A stretch of DNA of 64,000 nucleotides from positions 864,001-928,000 of the forward strand of contig OZ240245.1 in the NCBI GenBank assembly GCA_965198175.1. The letters are read 5' to 3'. Origin of the DNA: Candidatus Poribacteria bacterium (GTDB lineage Bacteria > Poribacteria > WGA-4E > PCPOR2b). The translations under genes were made by a program, and so were the position numbers. The notes beneath the pieces are model-generated. The model was not told the origin of the DNA. It saw nothing but the letters and a program-made list of their open reading frames with translations, and did not search any database. This document shows, piece by piece, positions 40,773 through 51,238 of this stretch; positions within the stretch are counted from its first letter, which is position 1; each line of letters starts with the position of its first letter.

Positions 40773-42836
40773 TTGGTCACGGAACTCTCCCTTAAACCGT
40801 TAATCGATTGCGGGTTGGAAGAAACTGCGGCAGCGGATACGCTGTTGCGTGTGAATCAATTGCAATCTACACTTCCGGCATCGGCTTGCTGGGTCGAGAT
40901 TACTCGGAAAATCCTCACCCCGGATCGACCGTTTGCACTTCACAAGCTGTTGCACGAAACTATCTTTGCCGATTGGGATGTGGCGCAGGGGCCTCCGCCA
41001 GCCTGGTTCCCTTCAAAAGACCAAATCCAAACCACGAATCTCGCCAATGTCATGCGTGCGTTGAACCTGAATTCCTACGAAGACCTTTATGCGTGGTCGG
41101 TACAGCATCGCCCCGAATTCTGGGATTTTATGATTCAAAGACTCGGGATTCGATTCAAACGGGAGTTCACCAAGGTTGTTGATTTTTCCGATGGTGTAGC
41201 GTCGCCCCATTGGCTTGTAGATGCGCAGCTTAATATTGCCGAAAGTTGTTTTAATGCACCGGACGATGCGCCTGCGATAGTCTTCCAACCCAAAGACGGG
41301 GCGATTTCAACCGTAACCTATAAGGCACTTCGTTTACTGACGAACCGGGTCGCCAATGGATTGGCGCGCGCCGGATTCTGTCCCGGAGACGCCATCGCAG
41401 TTAACATGCCGATGACTGCGGAATCCGTGGCAATTTACCTCGGGATTGTCACAGCCGGGTGTATCGTCGTCTCCATCGCCGACAGTTTCGCGCCGGATGA
41501 GATTGCCGTCCGCCTGCAGCTCGGAAATGCGAAAGCAATTTTCACACAGGATTATATTGTTCGTGCTCAAAAACAACTGCCACTATATACCAAAGTCGTT
41601 TCCGCAAACGCGCCAAAAGCGATTGTCCTGACCGATGAGAGCAGGCACCCATCTTGCGCTATTCGATTGCGGGACGGTGATTTCACCTGGGAGGAGTTCC
41701 TCAGTGAGGATGATCGGTTCGATGCGGTTTCCTGTCAGCCAGCAGACCACACGAATATCCTGTTCTCTTCAGGCACGACCGGAGAGCCCAAAGCGATTCC
41801 CTGGACGCAGACTACACCCATCAAATGTGCCGCAGACGGGTATTTGCATCAGGACATTCAGCCAAGCGACGTTGTGACCTGGCCGACATCCATCGGGTGG
41901 ATGATGGGCCCATGGCTAATCTATGCTAGTTTAATCAATCAGGCGACCATTGGGCTGTGTTATGGTGTGCCGACCGGTAGGGGTTTTGGCGAGTTTGTTC
42001 AGGATGCCCGCGTGAACATGCTCGGCGTGGTTCCTAGTCTCGTGAGGACATGGAAAAATACTGGATGTATGCAAGGACTTGACTGGCTGGCAATTAAAGC
42101 GTACAGTTCAACCGGCGAGTGTTCAAACCCTGAAGACATGCTGTTTTTAATGTCTCTCGCAGGATACCGCCCGGTCATCGAGTATTGCGGCGGTACAGAG
42201 ATTGGCGGCGGCTACATCTCGGGGACAATGGTACAGCCCGCCGCACCAGCGACGTTTACGACACCTACCTTAGGTTTAGATTTTTTGATCCTTGATGAGG
42301 GTGGTCAACCGTCCGATAATGGCGAGGTCTTTCTGACATCGCCGTCAGTCGGGCTTTCGACGACACTATTAAACCGCGATCATCACGAGGTGTATTTTGA
42401 GGGAACCCCTAAATTGCCGCCCGATAAAGGGCTTCCCGATATGCCGCTGCGGCGTCACGGCGATCAGGTTGAACGTTTGCGCGGCAACTACTATCGCATT
42501 CATGGCAGAGTGGACGACACGATGAATCTCGGGGGAATCAAAGTGAGTTCGGCGGAGATTGAACAAACCCTCAATTTAGTGGACGGTATTCAGGAAACCG
42601 CTGCAATTGCGGTGTCTCCGCCGGGCGGAGGACCAAGTCAATTGGTGATTTACACTGTCTTTCTAGAAGATGCTGACATGGAGAGAGTAACGCTGAAGTC
42701 CGCTTTGCAGATGGTGATACGGCAGCATCTCAATCCCCTCTTCAAGATTCACGACATCGTCATAGTCGATGCCCTGCCTCGAACCGCTTCCAACAAGATC
42801 ATGCGGCGCATCCTGCGCAACAAGTATCAGGACTAG
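40773..42836 (+). CDS. AMP-binding acyl-CoA synthetase (acetate-CoA ligase-like)
   Basis: ILFSSGTTGEPK, YCGGTEIGG, HGD, GRVDDTMN, LPRTASNK. Confidence 0.92.
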   Translation: MVTELSLKPLIDCGLEETAAADTLLRVNQLQSTLPASACWVEITRKILTPDRPFALHKLLHETIFADWDVAQGPPPAWFPSKDQIQTTNLANVMRALNLNSYEDLYAWSVQHRPEFWDFMIQRLGIRFKREFTKVVDFSDGVASPHWLVDAQLNIAESCFNAPDDAPAIVFQPKDGAISTVTYKALRLLTNRVANGLARAGFCPGDAIAVNMPMTAESVAIYLGIVTAGCIVVSIADSFAPDEIAVRLQLGNAKAIFTQDYIVRAQKQLPLYTKVVSANAPKAIVLTDESRHPSCAIRLRDGDFTWEEFLSEDDRFDAVSCQPADHTNILFSSGTTGEPKAIPWTQTTPIKCAADGYLHQDIQPSDVVTWPTSIGWMMGPWLIYASLINQATIGLCYGVPTGRGFGEFVQDARVNMLGVVPSLVRTWKNTGCMQGLDWLAIKAYSSTGECSNPEDMLFLMSLAGYRPVIEYCGGTEIGGGYISGTMVQPAAPATFTTPTLGLDFLILDEGGQPSDNGEVFLTSPSVGLSTTLLNRDHHEVYFEGTPKLPPDKGLPDMPLRRHGDQVERLRGNYYRIHGRVDDTMNLGGIKVSSAEIEQTLNLVDGIQETAAIAVSPPGGGPSQLVIYTVFLEDADMERVTLKSALQMVIRQHLNPLFKIHDIVIVDALPRTASNKIMRRILRNKYQD

Positions 42837-42940
42837 ACGGTGGTGCCCTGTGATGCCAACTGACAAGATACCTTCATGACGATAAACACAATAATTGGCT
42901 TGACAGCCTCCAAATAAACATAATACCATATCCAATTAAA

Positions 42941-42958
42941 ATTTAGGCATGCCTAAAT
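42941..42958. promoter_or_regulatory. DtxR/MntR-type operator
   Basis: Perfect palindrome ATTTAGGCATGCCTAAAT between TTGACA (42900) promoter and the regulator start. Confidence 0.75.
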
Positions 42959-42990
42959 ATGACTAGTTGAGATAATTGGATGGTTTAGTG

Positions 42991-43665
42991 ATGATAACTC
43001 ATGCGATGGAAGATTATCTGAAGGCAATCTATCTCCTACAAAAAGGAGAAGAAGAGAAAGTGCCCACCTCCGTCATTGCCCAGCAAATGAACGTCTCAGC
43101 TGCATCTGTCACAGGCATGATTAGAAAGTTAGCATCGTTGGAACTGCTCAATCACAACTCCTATCACGGCGTTAAGTTGACAGAGGGTGGGGAGAAGATC
43201 GCTCAAGAGGTCATTCGCCACCACCGATTGCTAGAACTTTATCTTGTTGAAATCATGGGATTCACCTGGGATAAAGTGCACAATGAGGCGGATAAACTGG
43301 AACATGTCATCTCAGAGGAATTTGAGGAAAAGATGGCTGAAGCGTTGGGTCATCCGACGGTAGACCCACATGGACACACCATCCCAACAAAGGATGGAAA
43401 TCTCAAGGAAGCGTCTTACGAAATCCTGGCGGAAATTGATTCAGGGAGCTTTGTCACGGTGCGACAGGTTAATGATGACATCCCTGAGATGCTGCGCTAT
43501 CTTGCCGGTTTGGGGCTGGTGCCGGGGACTCCTCTCCAAGTTGTGACTAAGGCGCCTTTTAATGGACCATTATGTCTGAAGATTGACGGATCTGAACACC
43601 ATGTTGGTCGTGAAGTGGCGCGTAATGTATTCGTCGAATTGTCTGGAAAAGAGACAGACTGGTAA
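42991..43665 (+). CDS. mntR: DtxR/MntR family metal-dependent regulator with FeoA domain
   Basis: MEDYLKAIY, RHHRLLE, VHNEADKLEH, DPHG. Confidence 0.9.
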   Translation: MITHAMEDYLKAIYLLQKGEEEKVPTSVIAQQMNVSAASVTGMIRKLASLELLNHNSYHGVKLTEGGEKIAQEVIRHHRLLELYLVEIMGFTWDKVHNEADKLEHVISEEFEEKMAEALGHPTVDPHGHTIPTKDGNLKEASYEILAEIDSGSFVTVRQVNDDIPEMLRYLAGLGLVPGTPLQVVTKAPFNGPLCLKIDGSEHHVGREVARNVFVELSGKETDW

Positions 43666-43878
43666 AAAAACGTTTACATTCACATGAAGAAATTCCCGTA
43701 ATCTTTACACAGAAGTCGAATACAGAAATCGAAGGGAGAGGCAAGGTGTTTTTATCAAGATTTGGTTTTCCACGAGCAGACATCAGGGATTGAATGAAAT
43801 CAGGAATGTGTTAGGAGTTACCATATATGGAAGTTAAGGTTTCAAGCAACATTGTCCTCTTGAATTTTGACAAAGCGA

Positions 43879-43907
43879 TTGCATTTACTTAAATCTTGAA
43901 GTATAAT
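43879..43907 (+). promoter_or_regulatory. Putative sigma-70 promoter of tatA
   Basis: TTGCAT-17 bp-TATAAT. Confidence 0.55.
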
Positions 43908-43995
43908 AATGCTGGTATTTGCTTGAACAAACTGCATGGTGCGGAAGTGTGCACCTGCTCAGGTTTATAATCTCTATGTTAGGAGGAAATCACAA

Positions 43996-44208
43996 ATGCC
44001 CGGGTCTTTAGGTGGATGGGAAATTCTTGTGATTCTTGTGGCCATCCTCGTCATCTTTGGGCCGAAGCGATTGCCGGAGATGGGACGATCGCTTGGGAAG
44101 GCGATTCGAGAATTCAAGAGTGCCGGAAAAGAAATTCAAAACGATTTGGCTAAATCGGTGGACGAAGAAGACACCAATTCAACCAAACGGACGGATAAAG
44201 CAGTTTAG
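43996..44208 (+). CDS. tatA: Twin-arginine translocase TatA
   Basis: FGPKRLPEMGRSLGKAIREFK; AGGAGG RBS. Confidence 0.95.
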   Translation: MPGSLGGWEILVILVAILVIFGPKRLPEMGRSLGKAIREFKSAGKEIQNDLAKSVDEEDTNSTKRTDKAV

Positions 44209-44220
44209 CGGTGTAGGGAC

Positions 44221-45051
44221 ATGGCATCTGACGACGATAGGTCGATGACCTTCTGGGAGCATCTTGAGGAGCTCCGGCGGGGGATAATCATATCTGCAAT
44301 TGCGGTTGGTATATCCGTGGTAGCAAGCCTATCGTTTCACAACTTTTACGCTAAAATCTTGACACTTCCATTGAATATGCCAATCAACGCGTCATTGGCA
44401 ACGTTGATAGATTGGGCCGGCACCTCGGAAGCATCAATCATTGGGTTTCTCGCAATTGTTCTGAGAGCCAGTGGTTCAACAGTTAACGCAGAAATCATAA
44501 AGGGCGGAGTTGTCGAAGGAATAATGGCTTACATTAAAATCAGCTTTACCTTTGGCTTTCTGCTTGCTTCACCTGTGGTGCTGTATCAGATTTGGTCGTT
44601 TATCTTCCCCGCGTTGACACGTCGGGAGAAAAGGTATGCACTTCCCCTGTTTTTGGTCGTCGTGTTCTTCTTCGTTTTTGGAGCGATTTTCGCCTATTTT
44701 ATCGTGGCACCAGTCGTGTTGGAATTTTCCGCAAAGCTATTCAAAGAATATGCGAACTTGTGGGAATTGGACAGATATGTGAATTTCCTCACGCGTTTGT
44801 TGATCGGGTTCGGCATCGCGTTCGAACTTCCGATTGTCATGGCGTTTCTGTCGTGGATTGGCGTGATTAATTCTCAGGGCTTTCGAGAACGACAAAACTA
44901 TGCGTTCCTCGGTATCCTTGTAATGTCCGCTATGTTAACGCCAGCGGATCCGGCGTCAATGCTTCTGATGGCAATTCCACTTATCGGACTCTATCAGTTG
45001 GGAATTTTTCTCGCTTTTCTCGTGGAAAGCGAGCCGGAAAGTTATGCTTGA
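44221..45051 (+). CDS. tatC: Twin-arginine translocase TatC
   Basis: EHLEELR, YQIWSFIFPAL, FELP, TPAD. Confidence 0.95.
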   Translation: MASDDDRSMTFWEHLEELRRGIIISAIAVGISVVASLSFHNFYAKILTLPLNMPINASLATLIDWAGTSEASIIGFLAIVLRASGSTVNAEIIKGGVVEGIMAYIKISFTFGFLLASPVVLYQIWSFIFPALTRREKRYALPLFLVVVFFFVFGAIFAYFIVAPVVLEFSAKLFKEYANLWELDRYVNFLTRLLIGFGIAFELPIVMAFLSWIGVINSQGFRERQNYAFLGILVMSAMLTPADPASMLLMAIPLIGLYQLGIFLAFLVESEPESYA

Positions 45052-45790
45052 TTTTGACCTACAAGAACAGTTACCTCTTTTATATGAACTGCAGCAAACC
45101 GACACCGAAATTCTGGCAGTTCGGCGTAAGCTGAAGTCCGTTCCAATCAAGATTAAAAGGTTGGAGGAGAGTTTTCAAATATATCAGCAGAAATTGGAAG
45201 AAAAGCAAAAACAGTTGACAGACGCAGAAAAGGAGCAACGCTCAAAAGCGGGGGCACTTGAGATGCAGCAAGAACAGCGCCGAAAATCTCAAGCGCGATT
45301 GCGGGAGGTGAAGACAAATAAAGAATATCAGGCGGTGGATCAAGAGATTAGTTTTCTCATGGGAAAAGAAGCGGAGATTGAAGACGAGATTTTAGAAATC
45401 ATGCTACTTATAGACCAACTCAAAGAGGAACTGAATCAACAACAAAAGGCATTCGACATAGAGCAAGCAAAGAATGATGAGCAGAAATCCCACTATGAAA
45501 AGGAAACTAACGCGCTCAAAGCACAAATTGCCGGTTATCAAGAAAAGCGTCTTAATTTTCACCCGAAGATTCATCGCGATCTAATAAATCGTTATCAGGA
45601 GTGGTTCAAACGCCAAGGCACAGGGCTAATTTCGTTGGTTGTGGACAATGTGTGTAGCAGTTGTCATCTCAGGATTCCGCCTCAGACGTTGCAGCAGGCT
45701 CGTAAGAATGAACAGATTATCCGATGTGGGAGCTGTCAACGTATCCTTTATGTTCTACCTTCCCTACCCGATGAAGAGTCTTCTGATTGA
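45044..45790 (+). CDS. Coiled-coil C4 zinc-ribbon protein (DUF164/HP0958-like)
   Basis: Long coiled coil, CSSC...CGSCQRIL. Confidence 0.88.
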   Translation: MLDFDLQEQLPLLYELQQTDTEILAVRRKLKSVPIKIKRLEESFQIYQQKLEEKQKQLTDAEKEQRSKAGALEMQQEQRRKSQARLREVKTNKEYQAVDQEISFLMGKEAEIEDEILEIMLLIDQLKEELNQQQKAFDIEQAKNDEQKSHYEKETNALKAQIAGYQEKRLNFHPKIHRDLINRYQEWFKRQGTGLISLVVDNVCSSCHLRIPPQTLQQARKNEQIIRCGSCQRILYVLPSLPDEESSD

Positions 45791-45813
45791 CTCCCTTCGA
45801 CAATTGCGGAACA

Positions 45814-45939
45814 GATCAACTGAGCGAATAGCGAAGGCGATAGTTCTAACCGACAGTAGTGACTGCGATAGTCTCAACCGACAGAACTATCGCCCTCCCT
45901 ATTCGGTCGGTTAATCACTCACTATCCGTTCGCTTGATC
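45814..45939. repeat. GATC-bounded palindromic MITE/REP-like element
   Basis: gatcaactgagcgaatagcga...cgcttgatc; related copies at 51109, 25987, 26217, about 15730 and about 4293. Confidence 0.75.
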
Positions 45940-46028
45940 CATCCACGATCAATGAGTGTAACGATTTCTGTGGGAATGAGTTCAACTGACAACATTAAGG
46001 CATTGCACGTCAAAGGAATAGAGAACTC

Positions 46029-46718
46029 TTGACTTCCATTCGTGAAAATTTATTGCAAGTTCAAGATCGAGTCGCTGCCGCAGCTGAACGCGCTGGACAT
46101 CATCCAGGGGCGGTACGCATTGTCGCCGTGTCCAAAACTAAGCCAGCTTCACGCATTTTTGAAGCAATTGAAGCCGGCGTCACAGAGATTGGGGAAAATC
46201 AACTTCAAGAAGCCAGAACCAAATATGATCAGATTGACCGTCCGGTGAAGTGGCATTTCGTTGGGCATCTACAAACAAACAAGGTCAAGGGAGCATTACA
46301 GATTTTCGATTTGATTCACTCGGTGGATAGCCTACGGCTACTCGCTGAAATCAATCGTCGATCCACTCAGTTGAATCGGCAGACTGACGTGTTGATTCAG
46401 GTCAACACGTCTGGCGAATCGAGTAAGTATGGTGTTCAACCGGAACAGACACTCAACTTCATGGAAAGCTCCCTAAATTACAGAAATGTCCGAATAAAAG
46501 GACTAATGACAATTGGACCGTTTACTCCGATTGTGGATGCGGTACGCCCTTCGTTTGCATTGTTAAGCCGAATACAGGAAAAAATTAAGGCGCAGCAGTT
46601 CGCGGGGGTTGAGATGGAATACCTTTCGATGGGCATGACTAACGATTTTGAAGTTGCCGTTGAAGAAGGAGCAAATCTTATCCGAATCGGCACAGCAATC
46701 TTCGGCAAACGGGAGTAG
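46029..46718 (+). CDS. yggS: PLP homeostasis protein YggS
   Basis: VAVSKT, WHFVGHLQTNK, LSMGMTNDF, RIGTAIFG. Confidence 0.95.
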   Translation: MTSIRENLLQVQDRVAAAAERAGHHPGAVRIVAVSKTKPASRIFEAIEAGVTEIGENQLQEARTKYDQIDRPVKWHFVGHLQTNKVKGALQIFDLIHSVDSLRLLAEINRRSTQLNRQTDVLIQVNTSGESSKYGVQPEQTLNFMESSLNYRNVRIKGLMTIGPFTPIVDAVRPSFALLSRIQEKIKAQQFAGVEMEYLSMGMTNDFEVAVEEGANLIRIGTAIFGKRE

Positions 46719-46734
46719 GAAAGGAGTATAGACA

Positions 46735-47544
46735 ATGGATAGGACACTTCGATTGGGTGCCATAGGCGTTGGTAACATGGGAAGTGCGATTGTTAGAGGA
46801 GTGGTAGGCGATTTACTCCCACCCGAGCAAATCTGGATTACGGATATCTACAAACCTCCCGTCAATCAGTTGTGTGAAGAAGTGGGTGTTAATCGCGCAA
46901 ATACCATCTCTCAACTTGTGGGAAAAGTAGACTGCATTATATATGCAGCCAAGCCGAACAATGTGCCGGATACTTTTCCGGAAATCGCAGCTTCAATCCA
47001 GCCCCACCAATGGCTTATCTCTATTGCAGCAGGCGTACCAACAGCCAAATTAGAATCCTATTTTTCTCCTCCTGCCCCAATTGTTCGTGTGATGCCAAAC
47101 ATCACCATATCTGTTGGCGCTGCGGTCTCGGTAATCGCTGGTGGCAGCGCTGCTACAGACAACCATCTTGCTCTAACGCAAGCTATTTTTAATACTGTAG
47201 GCAAGTCGTTTGTCAGGGAAGATACATATCTTAACGCTGTTACAGGTTTGAGTGGCAGTGGGCCAGCATTCGTCTTCCTCTTTATTGAAGCGCTCGCTGA
47301 CGCGGGAGTGCAGGTTGGATTATCCCGCCCGGATGCATATCAACTCGCAGTACAAACTGTGTTTGGGGCGAGCAAGATGCTGGATCAAACTAAGGAACAT
47401 CCCGCGGTGCTGAAAAACCTTGTGACTACCCCCGGCGGAACAACGGCAGCCGGACTGTATGAACTCGAGCGTGGACGTCTGCGAGCAATTATCGCTGATG
47501 CGGTGATTGCAGCGACTAAACGTGCAGAGGCACTTGCAAATTAA
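46735..47544 (+). CDS. proC: Pyrroline-5-carboxylate reductase
   Basis: GVGNMG, RVMPN, GLSGSGPA, VTTPGGTT. Confidence 0.95.
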   Translation: MDRTLRLGAIGVGNMGSAIVRGVVGDLLPPEQIWITDIYKPPVNQLCEEVGVNRANTISQLVGKVDCIIYAAKPNNVPDTFPEIAASIQPHQWLISIAAGVPTAKLESYFSPPAPIVRVMPNITISVGAAVSVIAGGSAATDNHLALTQAIFNTVGKSFVREDTYLNAVTGLSGSGPAFVFLFIEALADAGVQVGLSRPDAYQLAVQTVFGASKMLDQTKEHPAVLKNLVTTPGGTTAAGLYELERGRLRAIIADAVIAATKRAEALAN

Positions 47545-47570
47545 ATACTTATTGATAAGGAACCTAGACT

Positions 47571-47837
47571 ATGGGTTGGATATTGGGCAAATTGATTGGG
47601 CTCTATACACTAATTGTGGTCGCCAACGTGATTTTGTCTTGGTTGGTCCATCTTGGCAACCCGAATATGACGATTCGGAGATTCTATTGGGGGACGGGTC
47701 AATTGGTCCATCCGCTTTTAGATCCAATCCGCCAGATGCTCAGACCGCTAATGGGAAATGTCCCCTTCGACATCTCGCCAATCGTTCTGATTCTTCTGTT
47801 GACCACACTACGAAATATCGTGCACACAGCATTTTAG
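47571..47837 (+). CDS. yggT: YggT family membrane protein
   Basis: VILSW, PLLDPIRQ, DISPIV. Confidence 0.88.
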   Translation: MGWILGKLIGLYTLIVVANVILSWLVHLGNPNMTIRRFYWGTGQLVHPLLDPIRQMLRPLMGNVPFDISPIVLILLLTTLRNIVHTAF

Positions 47838-48077
47838 TATTTGGGATAGATGCAAAGATAACTCACGGCGCTACTATAAAAAAAGGGATCAGGAATTAGA
47901 AGGATCGCTGGTTCCTGAAAAACATAGAGTTACACCATAATTGGATACAAAGATTTCATCGAAGTTGTCGGGGTTTGACATCAATCGATGTTGATCTTGA
48001 TGTTGAATTCCATCTCGGTTTGTCGCCCGAAATGCTGACTTCCCAATCTACTTCTACTGCACATATGGAGAATCTTG

Positions 48078-48380
48078 ATGAGTTTTACAGTAATCGTCAG
48101 CTACCAAGCTAAGTCGGACAAAATTGATGCGCTTCTAGACTTTTTGACCGATTTCCAACCTAACTTGCTCGACGCAGGTTGTGAGAGCGTTTCACTGCTT
48201 CAAGATCAAGATCAAAGACATCGTATCTTTGAAATAGAGCAATGGGAATCCGCTGAAGCGCACGAGCAAATGGTCAATCAAGCAGAAGAAGCGAGTGCGT
48301 TCGATCTGTTGGCGGAATTATTGGAGGTTCCCTATGTGGCATATTCTCTCGACACGATTCATGCAATGCGGGGCAGTTGA
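48078..48380 (+). CDS. Antibiotic biosynthesis monooxygenase (ABM) family protein
   Basis: GC.S..LLQD...IEQWESAEAH. Confidence 0.75.
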   Translation: MSFTVIVSYQAKSDKIDALLDFLTDFQPNLLDAGCESVSLLQDQDQRHRIFEIEQWESAEAHEQMVNQAEEASAFDLLAELLEVPYVAYSLDTIHAMRGS

Positions 48381-48465
48381 TTTTAATGGCGGTTTGTTTG
48401 CAACTTCGGCGAAGGTTGGCTAGGTGCAATAGATAGAGCCTCATCCATATCGTGCATAGGGAAAG

Positions 48466-48981
48466 TTGTCGATGCTGAGAAACGTAATCAAACCTTTTCT
48501 TCCCTTACTCGGAATTACCTCTCTCGTTCTCATCGCAGATCAGTTGACAAAGTGGTTCATCCTAGAAAACATTGCGCCGCGCAATCCGCCAGTTATTGTT
48601 ATTGTTGAAGGGATTTTTGAACTTAGCTATACCACAAACACCGGTGCTGCCTTCGGATTGATGCGTGGGCAAAACTTGATGCTCACGATTATCACCATCG
48701 CTGCTATCGGCTTTATTTTTGTCTATTACAAACAGTACCTGCACAGTTTATGGATGAGAATTGCCCTCAGCGTTCTACTCGGCGGAGCACTCGGTAATTT
48801 TATGGATCGAATTCGTCACGCCGAAGTCACAGATTTTCTTCGGTTTCGATTGCTGCCGGATTTTTGGTGGCCAACTTTTAACCTTGCTGATGTAGCTGTC
48901 TGTATCGGGGCAGCAATGCTCATGATTCACCTGTTTCGTCATCGAGGAGATTACGATGCTGACAAACAAAGTGAAAACTAA
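48466..48981 (+). CDS. lspA: Lipoprotein signal peptidase II
   Basis: DQLTK, NTGAAFG, GGALGNFMDR, VTDF, FNLAD. Confidence 0.95.
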   Translation: MSMLRNVIKPFLPLLGITSLVLIADQLTKWFILENIAPRNPPVIVIVEGIFELSYTTNTGAAFGLMRGQNLMLTIITIAAIGFIFVYYKQYLHSLWMRIALSVLLGGALGNFMDRIRHAEVTDFLRFRLLPDFWWPTFNLADVAVCIGAAMLMIHLFRHRGDYDADKQSEN

Positions 48982-49453
48982 ACTGTTGTCCGTTCTGATA
49001 ATTTCGTTGATAGTGGCAGTAAAGCCCCAGGCCCAATCTCAATATCCGCCGGAGGAAAAGCCATCCACCCGCACAAGACAAGGCAGAGCCCCGCAAAGAG
49101 AAGTCTATCAAGAGAGCGCATTGCGCCGATTCGAGATTGTGACGCTCGTTTCACTACCGTTCACAGCAATTCATAGCTTTCTCGCTGTACGCGGAGTTGA
49201 AATGATTCGGCAAAACCAAGTTGCCCCTCAGCTTGACAGTGCAGATTTTAAAATTATGGGTGTATCAGCCGTGTCACTCGCACTCTTCATTGGTTTCTGG
49301 GATTGGCTTCATACACACGATAAAAACTTGTCAGAGCAGCTTATTCCAACGTCTCCACCATCCGCACCGCCTCCGAAAAAAGTCAGTGCACGCGAATGGG
49401 AGTTGGACGATTCGCCAGGTCTTTTTGTTCCATTGGTTCTCCTTCGATTTTAG
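48956..49453 (+). CDS. Hypothetical membrane protein
   Basis: Signal-like N-terminus, ESALRRFEIVTLVSLPFT, TM segments; GGAG RBS. Confidence 0.7.
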   Translation: MLTNKVKTKLLSVLIISLIVAVKPQAQSQYPPEEKPSTRTRQGRAPQREVYQESALRRFEIVTLVSLPFTAIHSFLAVRGVEMIRQNQVAPQLDSADFKIMGVSAVSLALFIGFWDWLHTHDKNLSEQLIPTSPPSAPPPKKVSAREWELDDSPGLFVPLVLLRF

Positions 49454-49532
49454 CAGTTTTGTCGATCATGAACCGATAGTACCAAAATTCAACTGGATGT
49501 GGCTTATCAATCTGTAGGTCACATATCAAGCT

Positions 49533-50054
49533 ATGGCAATTTTGGAAATTCAGGTCGGTGAGAATACGCCTAATTTACGTGAGAAAGCCTCACCTGTCGA
49601 ACAGATTTCCGCGGATCTCCCTCAACTGATTCAGGATATGTTTGAGACGATGCGGTCCGCTCAAGGAATTGGGTTAGCTGCTCCACAGATAGGTGTGTCC
49701 AAAAGGATAATTATCATCGACATCAATCACTATCACCCTGAGATTCCGCCAATCGCCCTGATTAATCCGGTAATTACGAACGCAGTGGGTGAGGAACTGG
49801 GAGAGGAAGGTTGCTTGAGTTTGCCCGGCTACAGGGGAATTGTAAGGCGTGCCATAGATGTTACGGTGAACGGACTGCTTCCGAATGCAGATGAAATCGA
49901 ATTTGAAGCGAGCGGATTAATGGCACGAGTCTTACAGCATGAAATCGATCATCTCGACGGTATTTTGTTCATTGACCGATTGATTCTTGAGGATCAGGAG
50001 TTGCTGGAAGCTCAGCCTGAAAGCGGCATCGAAAAAGGTCACAACGACAGTTAG
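49533..50054 (+). CDS. def: Peptide deformylase
   Basis: GIGLAAPQ, EGCLS, QHEIDHL. Confidence 0.96.
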   Translation: MAILEIQVGENTPNLREKASPVEQISADLPQLIQDMFETMRSAQGIGLAAPQIGVSKRIIIIDINHYHPEIPPIALINPVITNAVGEELGEEGCLSLPGYRGIVRRAIDVTVNGLLPNADEIEFEASGLMARVLQHEIDHLDGILFIDRLILEDQELLEAQPESGIEKGHNDS

Positions 50055-50166
50055 AGACCGTCGTTGAAAATTTATTCGGATTTTAGCCAATCGTTCATCA
50101 TACGATGGTATCCGATAATTGGGCGGATATTGAAGAACAAAGCCGAATGGACAGAGCTATTGAACA

Positions 50167-51126
50167 ATGAGAATCGTCTTCATGGGAACGGGCGAATTTG
50201 CTATCCCTAGCCTGGAACAACTGATCACTGGAAACTTCGATATCCTCGGTGTTGTGACGCAACCGGATCGACCTAGCGGCAGAGGCAAGCGGCTCAACCC
50301 ACCGCCCGTCAAGATCTTTGCTTCCGAGCTTGGCTTGTCGATTTATCAACCCGATAAGGTACGTCATCGCGATTTTATTCGTGTTTTAAAAAAACTTCAA
50401 CCGACAGCTATCGTAGTTGCCGCATTCGGCCAATTTCTACCCAAATCCGTGTTAGCTATCCCACCTTGTGGATGTATCAACACCCATCCGTCTCTACTTC
50501 CGAAATATCGAGGAGCCGCGCCAATTCAATGGGCATTAATCAATGGTGAGACAGAGACAGGGGTTACAATTATGCTGCTTGATGAAGGGGCGGATACAGG
50601 GGATATCATCTTACAAAAGCGGGTGAAAATTGACCCTCGAGATACAGCTTCAACACTCTCCAATCGCTTGGCGCATTTAGCCGCTCCTCTGTTGATTCAA
50701 GCGTTGGAAAGTGCATCGGACGTTCCTCCTCCTCACTCTCCCCAAAATCACGCGGAAGCGACACACGCTCCTCGATTGACAAAAGAGGTCGGGCAGATCG
50801 ACTGGGAAAAATACGCGGCAGAAATTTGCAATTTAGTGCGTGGAACCGCGACTTGGCCCAGCGCATATACCTATTTTGGAGATAACCTTCGCTTGAAGAT
50901 AATTGACAGTGCTCCTATCAATCATGCGAATTTATCAGATTTTCCCCCGGGTACAATTCAAATTACCCCTGACAAGGAACTCATTGTATTTGCGGGGAAG
51001 GGAGCAGTGCGACTAAATCATGTGCAACCCGCGAACAGACGTAAAATAAGTGGTTACGACTTTATCAACGGTCATCGTTTGAAAACGGGGGATCGATTTT
51101 TTCGTAGGGATCAACCGAGCGAATAG
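50167..51126 (+). CDS. fmt: Methionyl-tRNA formyltransferase
   Basis: FMGT, TQPDRP, HPSLLPKYRGAAPI. Confidence 0.96.
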   Translation: MRIVFMGTGEFAIPSLEQLITGNFDILGVVTQPDRPSGRGKRLNPPPVKIFASELGLSIYQPDKVRHRDFIRVLKKLQPTAIVVAAFGQFLPKSVLAIPPCGCINTHPSLLPKYRGAAPIQWALINGETETGVTIMLLDEGADTGDIILQKRVKIDPRDTASTLSNRLAHLAAPLLIQALESASDVPPPHSPQNHAEATHAPRLTKEVGQIDWEKYAAEICNLVRGTATWPSAYTYFGDNLRLKIIDSAPINHANLSDFPPGTIQITPDKELIVFAGKGAVRLNHVQPANRRKISGYDFINGHRLKTGDRFFRRDQPSE

Positions 51127-51231
51127 CGAGGGCGATAGTTCTAACCGACAAGCAGGTACAATCTCAAAGGAACGAATAGCGACTGCGATAGGCTTCTAAA
51201 ACTATCGCACTCCCTGTTCGGTCGCTTGATC
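51109..51231. repeat. GATC-bounded palindromic element overlapping fmt 3' end
   Basis: gatcaaccgagcgaatagcga...gtcgcttgatc. Confidence 0.75.
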
Positions 51232-51238
51232 ATTCTAA

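Noticed and set aside
45790..46029. RNase P RNA often found after DUF164 genes
   Set aside because: No GAGGAAAGTCC motif; the gap is filled by the palindromic repeat
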